From: Alphaproteobacteria bacterium
GTDB lineage: Bacteria > Pseudomonadota > Alphaproteobacteria > GCA-2731375
NCBI GenBank assembly: GCA_965225945.1
Contig: CBDDBZ010000021.1
Span: forward strand, 32,001 to 96,000
Direction: 5' to 3'
Length of the DNA: 64,000 nucleotides
The first letter of the stretch is position 1, and every line of letters begins with the position of its first letter. Positions 10,112 to 20,811 of this stretch are shown here, piece after piece. Below the pieces are notes generated by a model. The model was not told where the DNA came from, did no database searches, and saw only the letters and a list, made by a program, of their open reading frames with translations. The position numbers and the translations under genes are program-made.

Positions 10112-11920
10112 CTATTCCGCCGGCTGGACCGCGACGTTGGGATCGTCGCCATGCTCGGCGCTGAAGACGACCTCATTCTGCGGCACGTTTTGTGGCACGA
10201 AGTCCTGCTCTACGCCTGGCACGCTGTAGTCGTAGGCCCAGCGATAGACCACCGGTAGCGTCTCGCCAAAGTTGCCATGTCCCGGCGGCATTTCAGTTGT
10301 TTGCCACTCCAGCGTCGTGGCCCCCCAAGGGTTGCGTTCGGATTTCTTGCCTTTGTATGCGCTCCACACCAGGTTGAATATGAACATGATCTGGGTGGCG
10401 CCCACGGTCAATGCTACCACCGTGATGAAGGCGTTCAGAGGCTGGACCGACGGCGGGATGAAACTGGTTTCGCCCATTTCGAAATAGCGCCGCGGCACGC
10501 CCAGGAAGCCCAGGTAGTGGATCGGGAGGAAGATCGTATAGGCCCCGAGGAAGCTGACCCAGAAGTGAATTTTACCCATCGTTTCGTTGAGCATTCTGCC
10601 GGTCATCAAAGGGTACCAATGGTAGATCGCCCCAAAGATGACCATAATCGGCGCCACACCCATCACCATATGAAAGTGAGCAACCACGAACATGGTGTCG
10701 GAAAGCGGAACATCGACGACGACGTTGCCGAGGAGCAGGCCCGTGATCCCGCCGTGCACGAAGGTGATGATGAAGGCGATGGCAAACAGCATCGGAATCG
10801 TGAGGTGAATATTGCCCTTCCACAGGGTCAGCACCCAGTTGTAGACCTTGAGGGCGGTGGGGACGGCGATGATGAGCGTGGTGGTGGCGAAGAAGAAGCC
10901 GAACCACGGGTGCATGCCACTGACGTACATGTGGTGCGCCCACACCACGAAGCTGAGGGCGCCGATGACCACGATCGCCCAGACCATCATCCGATAGCCG
11001 AAGATGTTTCTTCTCGCATGGGTAGCGATCAGATCGGAGACGATACCGAAGCCGGGCAGGGCGACGATGTAGACTTCGGGATGGCCGAAAAACCAGAACA
11101 GGTGCTGAAACAATATTGGGCTGCCGCCACCGTATTTGAGATGCTCCCCCATCTCCACGATGAATGGCATGAAGAAGCTGGTCTCCAGGACCTTGTCGAA
11201 GGTCATCATCACGGCTCCGACAAACAAGGCGGGGAAGGCCAACAACGCCAGGACGGTGGCCATGAATATCCCCCAAACGGTCAAGGGCATGCGCATCAGC
11301 GTCATTCCCCGCGTCCGGGCCTGCAGCACCGTCACCACATAGTTCAACCCCCCCATGGTGAATCCGATGATGAAGAGAGCCAAGGAGACGAGCATCATGA
11401 CAATACCCGCATCCGACCCCGGCGTGCCGGAGAGGATGGCCTGGGGCGGATACAGGGTCCAGCCGGCGCCGGTCGGCCCGCCCGGCACGAAGAAGCTCGC
11501 CACCAGCACCAGCACGGCCAGCAGGTAGACCCAGTAGCTCACCATATTCACATAAGGGAAAACCATATCGCGGGCGCCGACCATCAAGGGGATGAGATAG
11601 TTGCCGAAGCCGCCCAAGAAAAGCGCCGTGAGCAGATAGATCACCATGATCATTCCGTGCATGGTGATGAACTGGTAGTAGTCGGCAGGGTCGATAAAGT
11701 CGAAGACCTCCGGGAATCCCAGTTGCAGCCGCATCAACCACGACGACGCCAACGCCACCAGGCCTATCGCGACGGCCGTGAACGAGTACTGGATGGCAAT
11801 GACTTTTGCGTCTTGAGAAAAGACGTATTTCGTCACCCAGCTTTTCGGATGGTAGAGTTCTACCTCCGGCACTTCCGCGGGGCGGACGAATTCGGCCTCG
11901 GCGGGTGCTAGTTCGGCCAT
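10112..11920 (-). CDS. coxN: Cytochrome c oxidase subunit I, A1 type (CoxN-like)
   Basis: TMHG, GWTLYPP, WFFGHPEVY, VWAHH and VAHFH heme/CuB ligand motifs. Confidence 0.95.
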   Translation of the reverse strand: MAELAPAEAEFVRPAEVPEVELYHPKSWVTKYVFSQDAKVIAIQYSFTAVAIGLVALASSWLMRLQLGFPEVFDFIDPADYYQFITMHGMIMVIYLLTALFLGGFGNYLIPLMVGARDMVFPYVNMVSYWVYLLAVLVLVASFFVPGGPTGAGWTLYPPQAILSGTPGSDAGIVMMLVSLALFIIGFTMGGLNYVVTVLQARTRGMTLMRMPLTVWGIFMATVLALLAFPALFVGAVMMTFDKVLETSFFMPFIVEMGEHLKYGGGSPILFQHLFWFFGHPEVYIVALPGFGIVSDLIATHARRNIFGYRMMVWAIVVIGALSFVVWAHHMYVSGMHPWFGFFFATTTLIIAVPTALKVYNWVLTLWKGNIHLTIPMLFAIAFIITFVHGGITGLLLGNVVVDVPLSDTMFVVAHFHMVMGVAPIMVIFGAIYHWYPLMTGRMLNETMGKIHFWVSFLGAYTIFLPIHYLGFLGVPRRYFEMGETSFIPPSVQPLNAFITVVALTVGATQIMFIFNLVWSAYKGKKSERNPWGATTLEWQTTEMPPGHGNFGETLPVVYRWAYDYSVPGVEQDFVPQNVPQNEVVFSAEHGDDPNVAVQPAE

Positions 11921-11957
11921 CAGATTACCCTCTTCGCTTCCAATTTGTCGGGCGCCA

Positions 11958-12839
11958 TCAATTTGACGCCCATTGTCTGGATCCACTCTCCGCGGATTCC
12001 GGCGTCCTCTCACTCGAGATCACGCCATCCGCCTTGCCGTTCCCGGCTCGAGCCAACAGTTCCGCGAACGTCGGCTGCTCTTGCAACCACGCCTGAAAGG
12101 AACTTTCTTCCTCCACCACGACCGAGCCACGCATCACATAGTGGCCGGTACCACACAATTCGAAGCAGAGTATATCGAATGTCCCAACCCTGGTGGGGAT
12201 GAACCAGAAGTAGGTGACCAAACCCGGCACCAGATCCATTTTGGCGCGGAACTCCGGTACGTAAAAGTCGTGCAGGACGTCTATGGAGCGGAGCAACACC
12301 TTGACCGGCTGGTCGAGCGGTAGGTGTAACTCGCTGTCTTCGATCAGGACATCGTCCCGCCCGTTGGCATCGTTCGGATTAATCCCAAACGGGTTGTCAT
12401 CGCTGATGTTTCGGACATCCGAGGTGCCCAACACACCGTCTTTCCCGGGGAAGCGGAAGGTCCATTCCCACTGCTTGCCCACGACCTCGAATTCCGCCGC
12501 GCCTTCCGGCACGGTGATGAATTTGTCCCACACGAACAAGCCGGGAGTCAACATTACCGCGACACCCACCGCGGTCCCCACGGTGAGCCACACCTCCATC
12601 TTCGTGTTCTCCGGCTCGTATGCCGCTCGCTTTCCGCGCGTGTGATGATAACGGTACACGCAATAGGACATAAACAAGAGGACGACGATGAAAACAAATC
12701 CAGTGACCCAAAAGGTGATGATGATCGTGTCGTCGATGTAGCCCCAGTTCGAGGCGATTGGCGTCCACCACCAGGGGCTCATAAAGTGAAATATGACGGT
12801 GCCGACGATCACCAATACCAGCACGATTGCAACGAACAT
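11958..12839 (-). CDS. coxM: Cytochrome c oxidase subunit II with CuA site (CoxM-like)
   Basis: QWEW, DVLHDF and CFELCGTGHYVM CuA motifs. Confidence 0.95.
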   Translation of the reverse strand: MFVAIVLVLVIVGTVIFHFMSPWWWTPIASNWGYIDDTIIITFWVTGFVFIVVLLFMSYCVYRYHHTRGKRAAYEPENTKMEVWLTVGTAVGVAVMLTPGLFVWDKFITVPEGAAEFEVVGKQWEWTFRFPGKDGVLGTSDVRNISDDNPFGINPNDANGRDDVLIEDSELHLPLDQPVKVLLRSIDVLHDFYVPEFRAKMDLVPGLVTYFWFIPTRVGTFDILCFELCGTGHYVMRGSVVVEEESSFQAWLQEQPTFAELLARAGNGKADGVISSERTPESAESGSRQWASN

Positions 12840-13632
12840 CGCTCAACTATCCTTGTATCGCACGCGGTTCGACCCGCCCGCCGTCCGTGTCCGCCATGAC
12901 GTCGGGAGCAGCGGTGACGATCTCGCCGTGAGCGGCCGTGCCCCGAATCGTCCCATGGAACGCGGCGAAGGGGGACGGCGTTCGAGAAAACCGGTTGGCC
13001 CGCGCAAAGTCCCCGAGCACCGTCCACCGAGCCGTCGTCAGCCGCTCCACGAGCTCCTCGTCGGACGCGGTGCGCCCGAAGTGCATGTCCTACTCCACGA
13101 TGTCGCGACTGTCCACCTTCAGTTCCCGAGCATGCGACGATGGTAGCGATTCCGGATTATATTGACAAGCTATCAGCTTGGGAACCATACTCTGTGGGTT
13201 CTGTGTCGATACGAGATTGGCCAACACGGGGGTTGCAGGTAGAGACGAGATGCAAATCAGTCGCAACGCCCCCATGGGCGTCGAGACCTTGGTGCGCCTG
13301 GCCGGGCACCGCCTGAAAGCAATGCCGGGCGACGCCCTCGGTCCGGCTCGGCTCCCCTAATTGCAGATCACGCCGCGGTGCCGCCGAGCCGCGGGCAACC
13401 TTCGCGCGCCCATTAGCCGCGCGCCCGTTAGCCGTCGCTCCGGAAAAAAGCTCACCCGCCGGCGGAATGGCTCGTGGAGCCGGCCGCCTCGCCGCCGGCT
13501 CGCGCACCAATCGCAGGACGTTCGCGCCCAAGCGACACCGGGCGGGGCGAGGTCGAGGCGGCCCAGGCGATAATGCTCTAACCAAGCCGCCAAACCGTCC
13601 AACCATGTGGGACCACCTCGGGAGCTACGACC

Positions 13633-14424
13633 ATGGCGAATGATCATGCAATCACCGCTCAACCAACCATCCGAGTAATCACCATGGCCGACCTCGGCGA
13701 CGCTTTGGCTAAAGGCCTCGCCGACTTTAAAGCGACGCCAACCCACTTGTTGTTCCTTTGCGTGATCTATCCCGTCGTCATAGTCGTTTCCATCAGAGTT
13801 GCCGCCGGCTACGACGTGTTGCCGCTGGTCTTCCCACTGCTTGCCGGATATACCCTGATCGGCCCCTTGGTCGCGGTCGGCACCTACGAGCTGAGCCGAC
13901 GTGGCGAGCTGGGTCTCGAGGTCTCTTGGCTGCATGCCTTCGACGTCTTCCGAACCGCGTCTATCCGCGGAATCGGGGTGCTCACCGTCATGCTGATGGC
14001 AATTTACTTCGCTTGGCTGGGCGCGGCGCAGGTCATCTACGAGCTTACCTTCGGCGGCGCGGTGCCGGTGTCGATCGCGGAGTTCGCCAGCCAAGTCCTC
14101 ACCACCCCCTCCGGCTGGGCACTAATATTCGTGGGCTGCGGCGTCGGCTTCCTCTTCGCGGTCGTCGTGTTCACCATGAGCGTGGTGTCCTTTCCCCTGC
14201 TTCTGGACCGGGACATCGGCGCCGTGATGGCGATTCAAACATCAATAAGAGCGGTTTCCGCGAGCCCCATAACGATGGCGGCGTGGGGCCTCATCGTCGC
14301 CGGCACTCTGCTGATCGGCTCCTTACCCTTGTTCGTCGGCCTCGCGATCGTGCTGCCGGTACTCGGACATTCGACCTGGCATGTGTATCGCAAGGCCGTG
14401 CGCTGGCCTGGTGAAGAGCGTTGA
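13633..14424 (+). CDS. DUF2189 integral membrane protein
   Basis: ALAKGLADF, GPLVAVGTYELSRR, SFPLLLDR and PVLGHSTWHVYRK motifs; divergent from the cox operon. Confidence 0.88.
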   Translation: MANDHAITAQPTIRVITMADLGDALAKGLADFKATPTHLLFLCVIYPVVIVVSIRVAAGYDVLPLVFPLLAGYTLIGPLVAVGTYELSRRGELGLEVSWLHAFDVFRTASIRGIGVLTVMLMAIYFAWLGAAQVIYELTFGGAVPVSIAEFASQVLTTPSGWALIFVGCGVGFLFAVVVFTMSVVSFPLLLDRDIGAVMAIQTSIRAVSASPITMAAWGLIVAGTLLIGSLPLFVGLAIVLPVLGHSTWHVYRKAVRWPGEER

Positions 14425-14696
14425 TGGCTTAGCGAGCGATATCTGGCTTGTCCCAGCCACGCTCCCGGCGGTCGTTTCGACGAGCCAGTCACCCACGGCT
14501 CCCACACCACCCCCTTGGACCCGACCGCCAAATGGGCCGAGAGAGACATCGGCGTGGAAATCACCGAATTGACCGCGCCAATTCGTCTTACTGCTCGTTA
14601 CGGCGATGCGTCGAGCGCCACGATCTCGGCTGTCGTCGGGAGGACTCCCAACGCCTCTCAAATCCTATAATATCTTTAAAAACAATAGTTTAGTTT

Positions 14697-14771
14697 TGGC
14701 TGGGGCGCCAGGATTCGAACCTGGGATCGCGGGATCAAAACCCACTGCCTTAACCTCTTGGCTACGCCCCA
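14697..14771 (-). tRNA. tRNA-Gln(TTG)
   Basis: TGGGGCGTAGCCAAGAGGTTAAGGCAGTGGGTTTTGATCCCGCGATCCCAGGTTCGAATCCTGGCGCCCCAGCCA: cloverleaf, TTG anticodon, GTTCGAATC T-loop, CCA end. Confidence 0.97.
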
Positions 14772-14957
14772 TCCAGGCGCGTCGCCCACTCGGGCGGCGG
14801 ACGCGGCGGACGATCACGAGGCCGTTCCTAGAGGAGAGCCGAGGCAAACTCAAGCCATGAGCCGCTAAATTGGCCGACCCGGCCCCCCGGCTTGCGCTTT
14901 GGCCGTCGCCCTCCAGGCGATAGGATGGCGCCCGAGGCGGGCGGGGAGGTGGCGGCG

Positions 14958-15956
14958 ATGCGGGTGGCGTTGATCGAGGTCTCGCACTGGCACTATCCGC
15001 TCTACGTCCCGGGCTTGAGCGTGCCGGGGGTGGACGTGGTCGCGGTCTCCGACCGGCTGGGCGAGGCTCGCGGGCGCGAGGCCGCGCGCTACGGCGCCCG
15101 GGCGCACGACGATCCCTTTCGTCTGATCGCGGAAGAGGATTTCGACCTCGCCTTCGCCTTCGGCCGGCACGACGAGATGGCGGCGATCGGTCTGGCCTTG
15201 GTCGAGAAGGGGGTGCCCTTCGCGATTGAGAAGCCGGCGGGGCTGAACGCGGCGGAGGTCGCGCGCCTCGCCCGGGCGGCGGCGGCCCGCGAGCTCTATG
15301 TCGCCGTCCCCTTGATCCAGCGCCTCGGGCCCCTCGGCCGCCTCGCCGACCGACTGCGGGGCGAGGGCGCGCGCTTCACCTCGGCCTCCTGGCGCTTCTT
15401 CGCCGGCCCGCCCGAGCGCTATCCCCGGGCCGAGAGCGCCTGGATGTTGGAGCCGGAAAAGAGCGGCGGCGGCTCGTTGATGAACCTCGCCAATCATTTC
15501 ATCGATTTCTCGCTTCGACTCTTGGGGGCCGAGGCAGAGAGCGTCTTCGCCCGGCTCTCCTCGGCGCTGCACGGCCGCGCGGTGGAGGACTATGCGATGC
15601 TGTCGCTGGCGCTGACCAACGGGACCTCGGCGATGATCGAGACCGGCTATGGCTTCCCCGATTCTTCGGCCAAGCGGGAGTATTCCTTCACCCTGGTGGC
15701 GGAGGACCGCTTGGTCCGAAGCCGGGAGGACGGCGTGACGCTCTACAACACCGGCGACGCGGGCACGGCCGAGACGATAGCCATGGACCTCGACACCGAT
15801 CCGCTCTATGGCGAGTTCACCGCCCGGGTGCTCGCCGAGGCCCGGACGGGCGCGCGGGCGGTGGCGGATCTGGACGATTTGGCGCGGGTGATGCGGATCG
15901 TCGACGCGGGCTATCGGGCCGCCGCGCTGGGCGCGGCCGTGGCGCCGCTCCGCTGA
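14958..15956 (+). CDS. Gfo/Idh/MocA family oxidoreductase
   Basis: IEKP motif, SGGGSLMNLANHFID, VEDYA; GGAGG RBS. Confidence 0.88.
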   Translation: MRVALIEVSHWHYPLYVPGLSVPGVDVVAVSDRLGEARGREAARYGARAHDDPFRLIAEEDFDLAFAFGRHDEMAAIGLALVEKGVPFAIEKPAGLNAAEVARLARAAAARELYVAVPLIQRLGPLGRLADRLRGEGARFTSASWRFFAGPPERYPRAESAWMLEPEKSGGGSLMNLANHFIDFSLRLLGAEAESVFARLSSALHGRAVEDYAMLSLALTNGTSAMIETGYGFPDSSAKREYSFTLVAEDRLVRSREDGVTLYNTGDAGTAETIAMDLDTDPLYGEFTARVLAEARTGARAVADLDDLARVMRIVDAGYRAAALGAAVAPLR

Positions 15957-15970
15957 GGGGAGGTGAGGCG

Positions 15971-17143
15971 ATGAGCCCGCGAGCGAGGCCGAAAGGGAAG
16001 CGTGGCCGGGCCTTCGCCGGCGAGAAGGCGCACCAGGCACTTCGCCGGGCGACGCGCCAGCCCCTGATGGTGGGCCTCTTCCTGCCGCACCAGCAGGGCG
16101 CCTGGAGCCCCTCGGCGGCCCCGCGTGGCACCGAGTGGAGCTTCGACTACAACGCCCGCCTGGCCCGCCGCGCGGACGAGCTGGGCTTCGATCTGGTCTT
16201 CGCGCTGGCGCAATGGCTCCCCAAGGGCGGCTACGGCGGCGAGATCAAATTCCGCGAGAACACGCTCGATCCCTTCATCACCTCGGCCGGTCTGGCGCCG
16301 CTGACCAAGCGGGTGCTGCTGATCGCGACGGTGCATATCCTCTATGGCTGGCATCCCCTGCACCTGGCCAAATACGGCGCGGTGATCGACCACATGAGCG
16401 GCGGACGCTGGGGCCTCAACGTGGTCACCGGCTATAAGAAGAGCGAGTTTCGCATGTTCGGCCTGGCCCCGGTGGCGCACGATGCGCGCTACGCCATGGC
16501 CGACGAATTCACCACGGTGATGCGCCGGCTCTGGTCGGAGGACCGGCCCTTGAACTTCGAGGGGCGTTGGTGGCGGACGGAAGAGGCCTATGTCGCGCCG
16601 AAGCCGGTGCACAATCGGATCGTGCTGGTGAGCGCCGCCAGCTCACCCGCCGGCATCGACTACGCCGCCCGCCACTCGGACATCATCTTCGTGACCTCGC
16701 CGGCCGGCGCCGAGGCGAAGGCGGCCCTCGAGGCGCTGCCGGCGCACACGGCCCGGGTGCGCGAAGCGGCCCGCGCCCATGGCCGCGAGGTGAAGATCGT
16801 CATCAACCCCCATGTCATCTGCCGCGACAGCGAGCGCGAGGCCAAGGCGCAGTACCGCCGCATCCTGGCGGGCGCCGATCCCGTGGCGCTGGACAACTTC
16901 GTCGGCGCCTTCCGTTCCGGCGATCAGGCCTCCTGGCGGCGGCACAAGAAGTCGAGCTGGGCGGTCGGCGGCAACGTCCACCTGGTCGGCTCGCCGGAAC
17001 AGATCGTCGAGTGGTTCCAGCGCCTCAGGCAAGCCGGCTTGGACGGCGTGCAGATCAACTTCTTCGATTTCCTACCGGAGCTGGAGTTCTTCGGCGCCCG
17101 GGTGCTGCCGCTGATGCGCGAGGCGGGCTTGCGGCTCGATTGA
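15971..17143 (+). CDS. LLM-class flavin-dependent monooxygenase (SsuD/SfnG/RutA-like)
   Basis: ADELGFDLVF, DHMSGGRWGLNVVTG, ARYAMADEF and LVGSPEQI motifs. Confidence 0.9.
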   Translation: MSPRARPKGKRGRAFAGEKAHQALRRATRQPLMVGLFLPHQQGAWSPSAAPRGTEWSFDYNARLARRADELGFDLVFALAQWLPKGGYGGEIKFRENTLDPFITSAGLAPLTKRVLLIATVHILYGWHPLHLAKYGAVIDHMSGGRWGLNVVTGYKKSEFRMFGLAPVAHDARYAMADEFTTVMRRLWSEDRPLNFEGRWWRTEEAYVAPKPVHNRIVLVSAASSPAGIDYAARHSDIIFVTSPAGAEAKAALEALPAHTARVREAARAHGREVKIVINPHVICRDSEREAKAQYRRILAGADPVALDNFVGAFRSGDQASWRRHKKSSWAVGGNVHLVGSPEQIVEWFQRLRQAGLDGVQINFFDFLPELEFFGARVLPLMREAGLRLD

Positions 17144-17294
17144 AGGGCTTGGCGCCACGAACGATGTGGATGAACGGGGCGCTGCGTCCGCGATGGGGAC
17201 CGGCGGATTGGGGTTGCGGGGAGGCAATACCTAGCTTCGGACCGCCGCGCTTGCTCGGACCGTCGGCAACGACGAAAGCCCAGGCCCCCGGCGC

Positions 17295-17762
17295 TCAGCT
17301 CCGGCGCTCGATCCGGCCCTCGATGTGGCGCGCGAGCTTGAGCGTCACGCGGCCGTCGACCAGCAGGTCGTTGTCGTCCTGGTAGTCCTCGATCGCAAAT
17401 CGAGTACGCCGGCCCATGACGCCGTCGATCGGTCCGGGGTCGTAGCCGAGCTTGGCGAGACCGGCCTGGACCCGGCTGACCGCCGACTTGTTCGCCGACC
17501 TGTTCGGCGCGCCGGAGTCCGAGGCCCAGATCGGATCGCCCAGGTTGATCGTGTCCTCGCTGGTGAGCGCCCCGGTGAGGCCGCCGGCCGCCGCGCCGAT
17601 CAGCACGCCGTGCAGTACCGAAAGGCCGGTGACCGCGCCCACGACCGCGCCGGCGGTCGCACCGATGCCGGCGCCCGAAACCGTACGGTCGCCGGTGCTG
17701 CTGCCGCAGGCGGCCAGCGCCAGGCAGAGGCAGATCGTCATTGCTGTGGCCGTCGTTCTCAT
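17295..17762 (-). CDS. Lipoprotein with glycine zipper and peptidoglycan-binding domain
   Basis: LAAC lipobox, GAGIGATAGAVVG zipper, VQAGLAKLGYDPGPIDGVMGRRTRFAIEDYQ (PG_binding_1). Confidence 0.88.
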   Translation of the reverse strand: MRTTATAMTICLCLALAACGSSTGDRTVSGAGIGATAGAVVGAVTGLSVLHGVLIGAAAGGLTGALTSEDTINLGDPIWASDSGAPNRSANKSAVSRVQAGLAKLGYDPGPIDGVMGRRTRFAIEDYQDDNDLLVDGRVTLKLARHIEGRIERRS

Positions 17763-17989
17763 CGTTCCAATTCCTCTTCGTCCGCGAGGCGGACGGGCAT
17801 TTCTCGTTCCCACCTATCATATTGGGGGGTCCGCCGGCGAATTCAGTGACCGTCGTCACTTTTCCGAGCCCGGGTCCTAGCCTGATTCGCCCGCGCGGTC
17901 TCGCCTGGCCGCCCGCTCGCGCGGCGTCGCGCGGCCCTCCCTCGTCGTTTCCCTGCTATGCTCACCGCACCGGTGAGGCGACGGCGAGC

Positions 17990-18790
17990 ATGGCGGAGGT
18001 TCTGATGAGGCTGGAGGCGGCCGAACGGGCGGCTTGGGAGGAACGGGGCTTCCTCTTCATGGAAGGCTTGCTGTCGGCGGCGGAGATGGCGGTGGTGGAC
18101 GCCGCGCTGCCTCGACTGCTGGGCTTGCGCCGACGCGAGACGGTACTGGAGAAGGACGGTGAGACCGTTCGCTCGCTCCTCAACCTGCATCTCTACGACG
18201 CGGTCTTCGACCGGCTGGTGCGCCATCCGAAGCTGATCGGACCCGCCCGCGACCTCCTCGGCGACGAGGTTTACATCTTCCAATCCATCCTGAACCTGAA
18301 GCGGCCCTTCACCGGCGACGTCTGGCAGTGGCACCAGGATTTTCCGACCTATCACGCCGACGATGCGATGCCGGCGCCGCGCGTGGTCAACGTCCTGCTC
18401 TTCATCGAGGCGGTGAACGAGTTCAACGGGCCGCTGATGCTGATCCCGGGGTCGCAGCGGGAGTACTTCATGCTGCCGGAGGTCGACACGACGACCACCA
18501 GCTATCCCCTGCGCCGGCTGGAGGCGGCGGACATCGGCGGCTTCGCGGAAGCGAACGGCATCGTCGCGCCGAAGGGGCCGGCCGGTTCGGCGATCTTCGC
18601 CCACACCAACATCATCCACGGCTCCAACCCCAACATGTCGCCCTGGGGCCGGGCGATGCTGTCGCTGACGCTGAATTCGGTGGCGAACCGGACCACGCGG
18701 CCCTCGGTCCGCCCGGCCCACGTCACGCTCGACGATTTCACCCCGGTGGTGGCGCTCGAGGAAGACTGCCTACTGAGCCTGGCGGGCTGA
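17990..18790 (+). CDS. Phytanoyl-CoA dioxygenase family 2OG-Fe(II) hydroxylase (EctD/proline-hydroxylase-like)
   Basis: WQWHQDFPTYHADDAMP, NGPLMLIPGS and HGSNPNMSPWGR motifs. Confidence 0.88.
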   Translation: MAEVLMRLEAAERAAWEERGFLFMEGLLSAAEMAVVDAALPRLLGLRRRETVLEKDGETVRSLLNLHLYDAVFDRLVRHPKLIGPARDLLGDEVYIFQSILNLKRPFTGDVWQWHQDFPTYHADDAMPAPRVVNVLLFIEAVNEFNGPLMLIPGSQREYFMLPEVDTTTTSYPLRRLEAADIGGFAEANGIVAPKGPAGSAIFAHTNIIHGSNPNMSPWGRAMLSLTLNSVANRTTRPSVRPAHVTLDDFTPVVALEEDCLLSLAG

Positions 18791-18910
18791 AGCGTCGTCC
18801 GCCCGAGCGGAATTACCCGGCTACACACTCTCCCGCCGAATACCCGGGAGGCGGTACTTTCGGGCTGGCCGGGCGGAGCCAAGCGCGCCGCATCCTGCTA
18901 CACTGAGGGC

Positions 18911-19822
18911 ATGAGATTCGGGCCGCTCGCGATCGTGATCCTGCTCCTCCCCCTCGCCGCCCTGGCGGAGATCCGGGGCGGCGTCCGGGTGCTCGACGGC
19001 GACACGATTTCGGTGCAGGGGATCCAAATCGAGATCGACGGCATCGACGCGCCCGAGCCGGAACAACGCTGCCTGAGGGATAGCGGCCGATCCTATGCCT
19101 GCGGCGAGCTGGCGACCCGGGCGCTGAGGACCATCATCGGTGGCCGGCGGGTTCGGTGCGAGGAGCTGGGAAAGACGGTCACCGGCACGATACGCGCCCG
19201 TTGCCGGTTGCGTCGGCGCGATCTCGGCCAGGAGATGCTGGCGCTCGGCTGGGCCCTGGCACACGAAGGCGCGGCGAGGGACTACGCCGAGGCGCAAGCC
19301 CGGGCCGAGACGGCGCGGGAGGGCATCTGGTCCGGTCGCTTCGTCCCGCCCTGGGAGTGGCGCCAAGGCAAGCGGATCGTCGAGAGCCCGGCCGCGCCGG
19401 CGCCGCCCGCGACCACCGCCGCCCGCCCGCCCGCTCCGGCGCCGGTGATCGCGCGGAGGTCGGGTTCAGCCCCGGCGCCCGCCCGCGCGTCCAAGTCGGC
19501 GCCGGCCTCGGCGCGCGAGGAAACCGTGACGCCGACCAGCGCCGCGCCGAAGCGAGAACGACCGCCTGCGGCACCGGCGCGCGCCGCCCCGTCGGCGCCC
19601 GCCTCGCCCCGGGTATCGGTGAAGCCTAGCGCGCGACGAGGCGCCGGCCGCCATCCCGCCGGCTGCCCGATCAAGGGCAACATCGACGCCATCGGTCGGC
19701 GCTTCTACTACCTGCCGGGAACCAAGTGGTACAACATCATAGCGATCAATACCGAGGCCGGCGAACGTTGGTTCTGCAACGAAAATGATGCCATGGCAGC
19801 CGGCTGGCGCAAGTTCCCCTGA
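18911..19822 (+). CDS. Secreted thermonuclease (SNase) family protein with a Pro/Ala linker and ExoI-like C-terminal domain
   Basis: VLDGDTI, GIDAPE, GIWSGRFVPPWEWR; C-terminal CPIKGNI...YYLPG...GERWFCNE..AMAAGWRK. Confidence 0.88.
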   Translation: MRFGPLAIVILLLPLAALAEIRGGVRVLDGDTISVQGIQIEIDGIDAPEPEQRCLRDSGRSYACGELATRALRTIIGGRRVRCEELGKTVTGTIRARCRLRRRDLGQEMLALGWALAHEGAARDYAEAQARAETAREGIWSGRFVPPWEWRQGKRIVESPAAPAPPATTAARPPAPAPVIARRSGSAPAPARASKSAPASAREETVTPTSAAPKRERPPAAPARAAPSAPASPRVSVKPSARRGAGRHPAGCPIKGNIDAIGRRFYYLPGTKWYNIIAINTEAGERWFCNENDAMAAGWRKFP

Positions 19823-19831
19823 TGGCGCCGG

Positions 19832-20062
19832 GTCGCGATCGAAATCGCGGCGCAGATCACCACGATCAACTTCTATCAGCGCGTCGGTCACCTGGACGCC
19901 GCCGCCTGCGACGATTTCGTCAATTCGGGCAATGATTTCGTCATCCTCGACGACGAGGTGATCAAGAAAGGCCAGGAGCTGTCCTTCGCCTGGGCCGACA
20001 AGGCCGGGGAGTCGCCATTTATGGCGGCTGGTTCTCTACATGAGGCTGCCGTGTCAAGTTGA
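19832..20062 (+). pseudogene. Orphan C-terminal fragment of a TRAP (DctP-type) solute-binding protein
   Basis: VAIEIAAQITTINFYQRVGHLDAAACDDFVNSGNDFVILDDEVIKKGQELSFAWADK, with no N-terminus or start. Confidence 0.45.
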
Positions 20063-20199
20063 TTCGGCCTTTGTGACGGGTGGCGGGGCGGGACAAGTCA
20101 ATCGCGAAAAAGTCCCTCGGCTTCGCCTCGGTGGGCTTTTTCCCGAACAATTATCCGAGAGCGCGAGGTAAAAATCGAGTTTGCCGGCGCGTTGGTGGA

Positions 20200-20811
20200 T
20201 CAGCGCGAATAATACTCAATCACCAGGTTCGGCTCCATGCGGACCGGGTAGGGCACGTCGGCGAATTTCGGCACCCGCGTGAAGGTGCCTCGCATGGTGC
20301 GGTAGTCGACCTCGACATAGTCGGGGGTATCGCGCTCGGCGCTGTCGATCGCCTCCAGCAGCATCACCATCTGGCGCGATTTCTCCCGTACCTCGACGAC
20401 GTCGCCCTCGGCCACCCGGAAACTCGGGATGGTGACCCGGCGGCCGTTCACCGAGACATGACCGTGGTTGACGAACTGTCGGGCGGCGAACACCGTCGGC
20501 ACGAACTTCATGCGATAGACCACGGCGTCCAAGCGGCGCTCCAAGAGGCCGATCAAGTTTTCCGAGGTATCGCCCCGGCGCCTCACCGCCTCCGCGTAGA
20601 CCCGGCGGAATTGCTTCTCGGTGATGTTGCCGTAGTAGCCCTTGAGCTTCTGTTTGGCGGAGAGCTGGATGCCGTAATCGGACGGCTTGCGCCGGCGCTG
20701 ACCGTGTTGGCCGGGGCCGTATTCGCGCCGGTTCACCGGGCTCTTCGGCCGGCCCCAGAGATTTTCGCCGAGCCGCCGGTTCAGCTTGTATTTCGAATGT
20801 CCGTCTCGTCG
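20200..20811 (-). CDS. rpsD: 30S ribosomal protein S4; 5' end disrupted by a tandem repeat
   Basis: [33 protein letters not shown]...[11 protein letters not shown]...ARQFVNHGH...LVIEYYSR. The frame is closed upstream by TGA at 20814-20812. Confidence 0.95.
   Translation of the reverse strand, partial: RRDGHSKYKLNRRLGENLWGRPKSPVNRREYGPGQHGQRRRKPSDYGIQLSAKQKLKGYYGNITEKQFRRVYAEAVRRRGDTSENLIGLLERRLDAVVYRMKFVPTVFAARQFVNHGHVSVNGRRVTIPSFRVAEGDVVEVREKSRQMVMLLEAIDSAERDTPDYVEVDYRTMRGTFTRVPKFADVPYPVRMEPNLVIEYYSR

Noticed and set aside
12847-13086. 79-aa ORF upstream of coxM as a cox accessory gene
   Set aside because: It has no TM segment, heme motif or recognisable domain.
13160-13180. TTGACAAGCTATCAG upstream of cox as an FNR/FixK box
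   Set aside because: The spacing is one base longer than TTGAT-N4-ATCAA and both half-sites mismatch.
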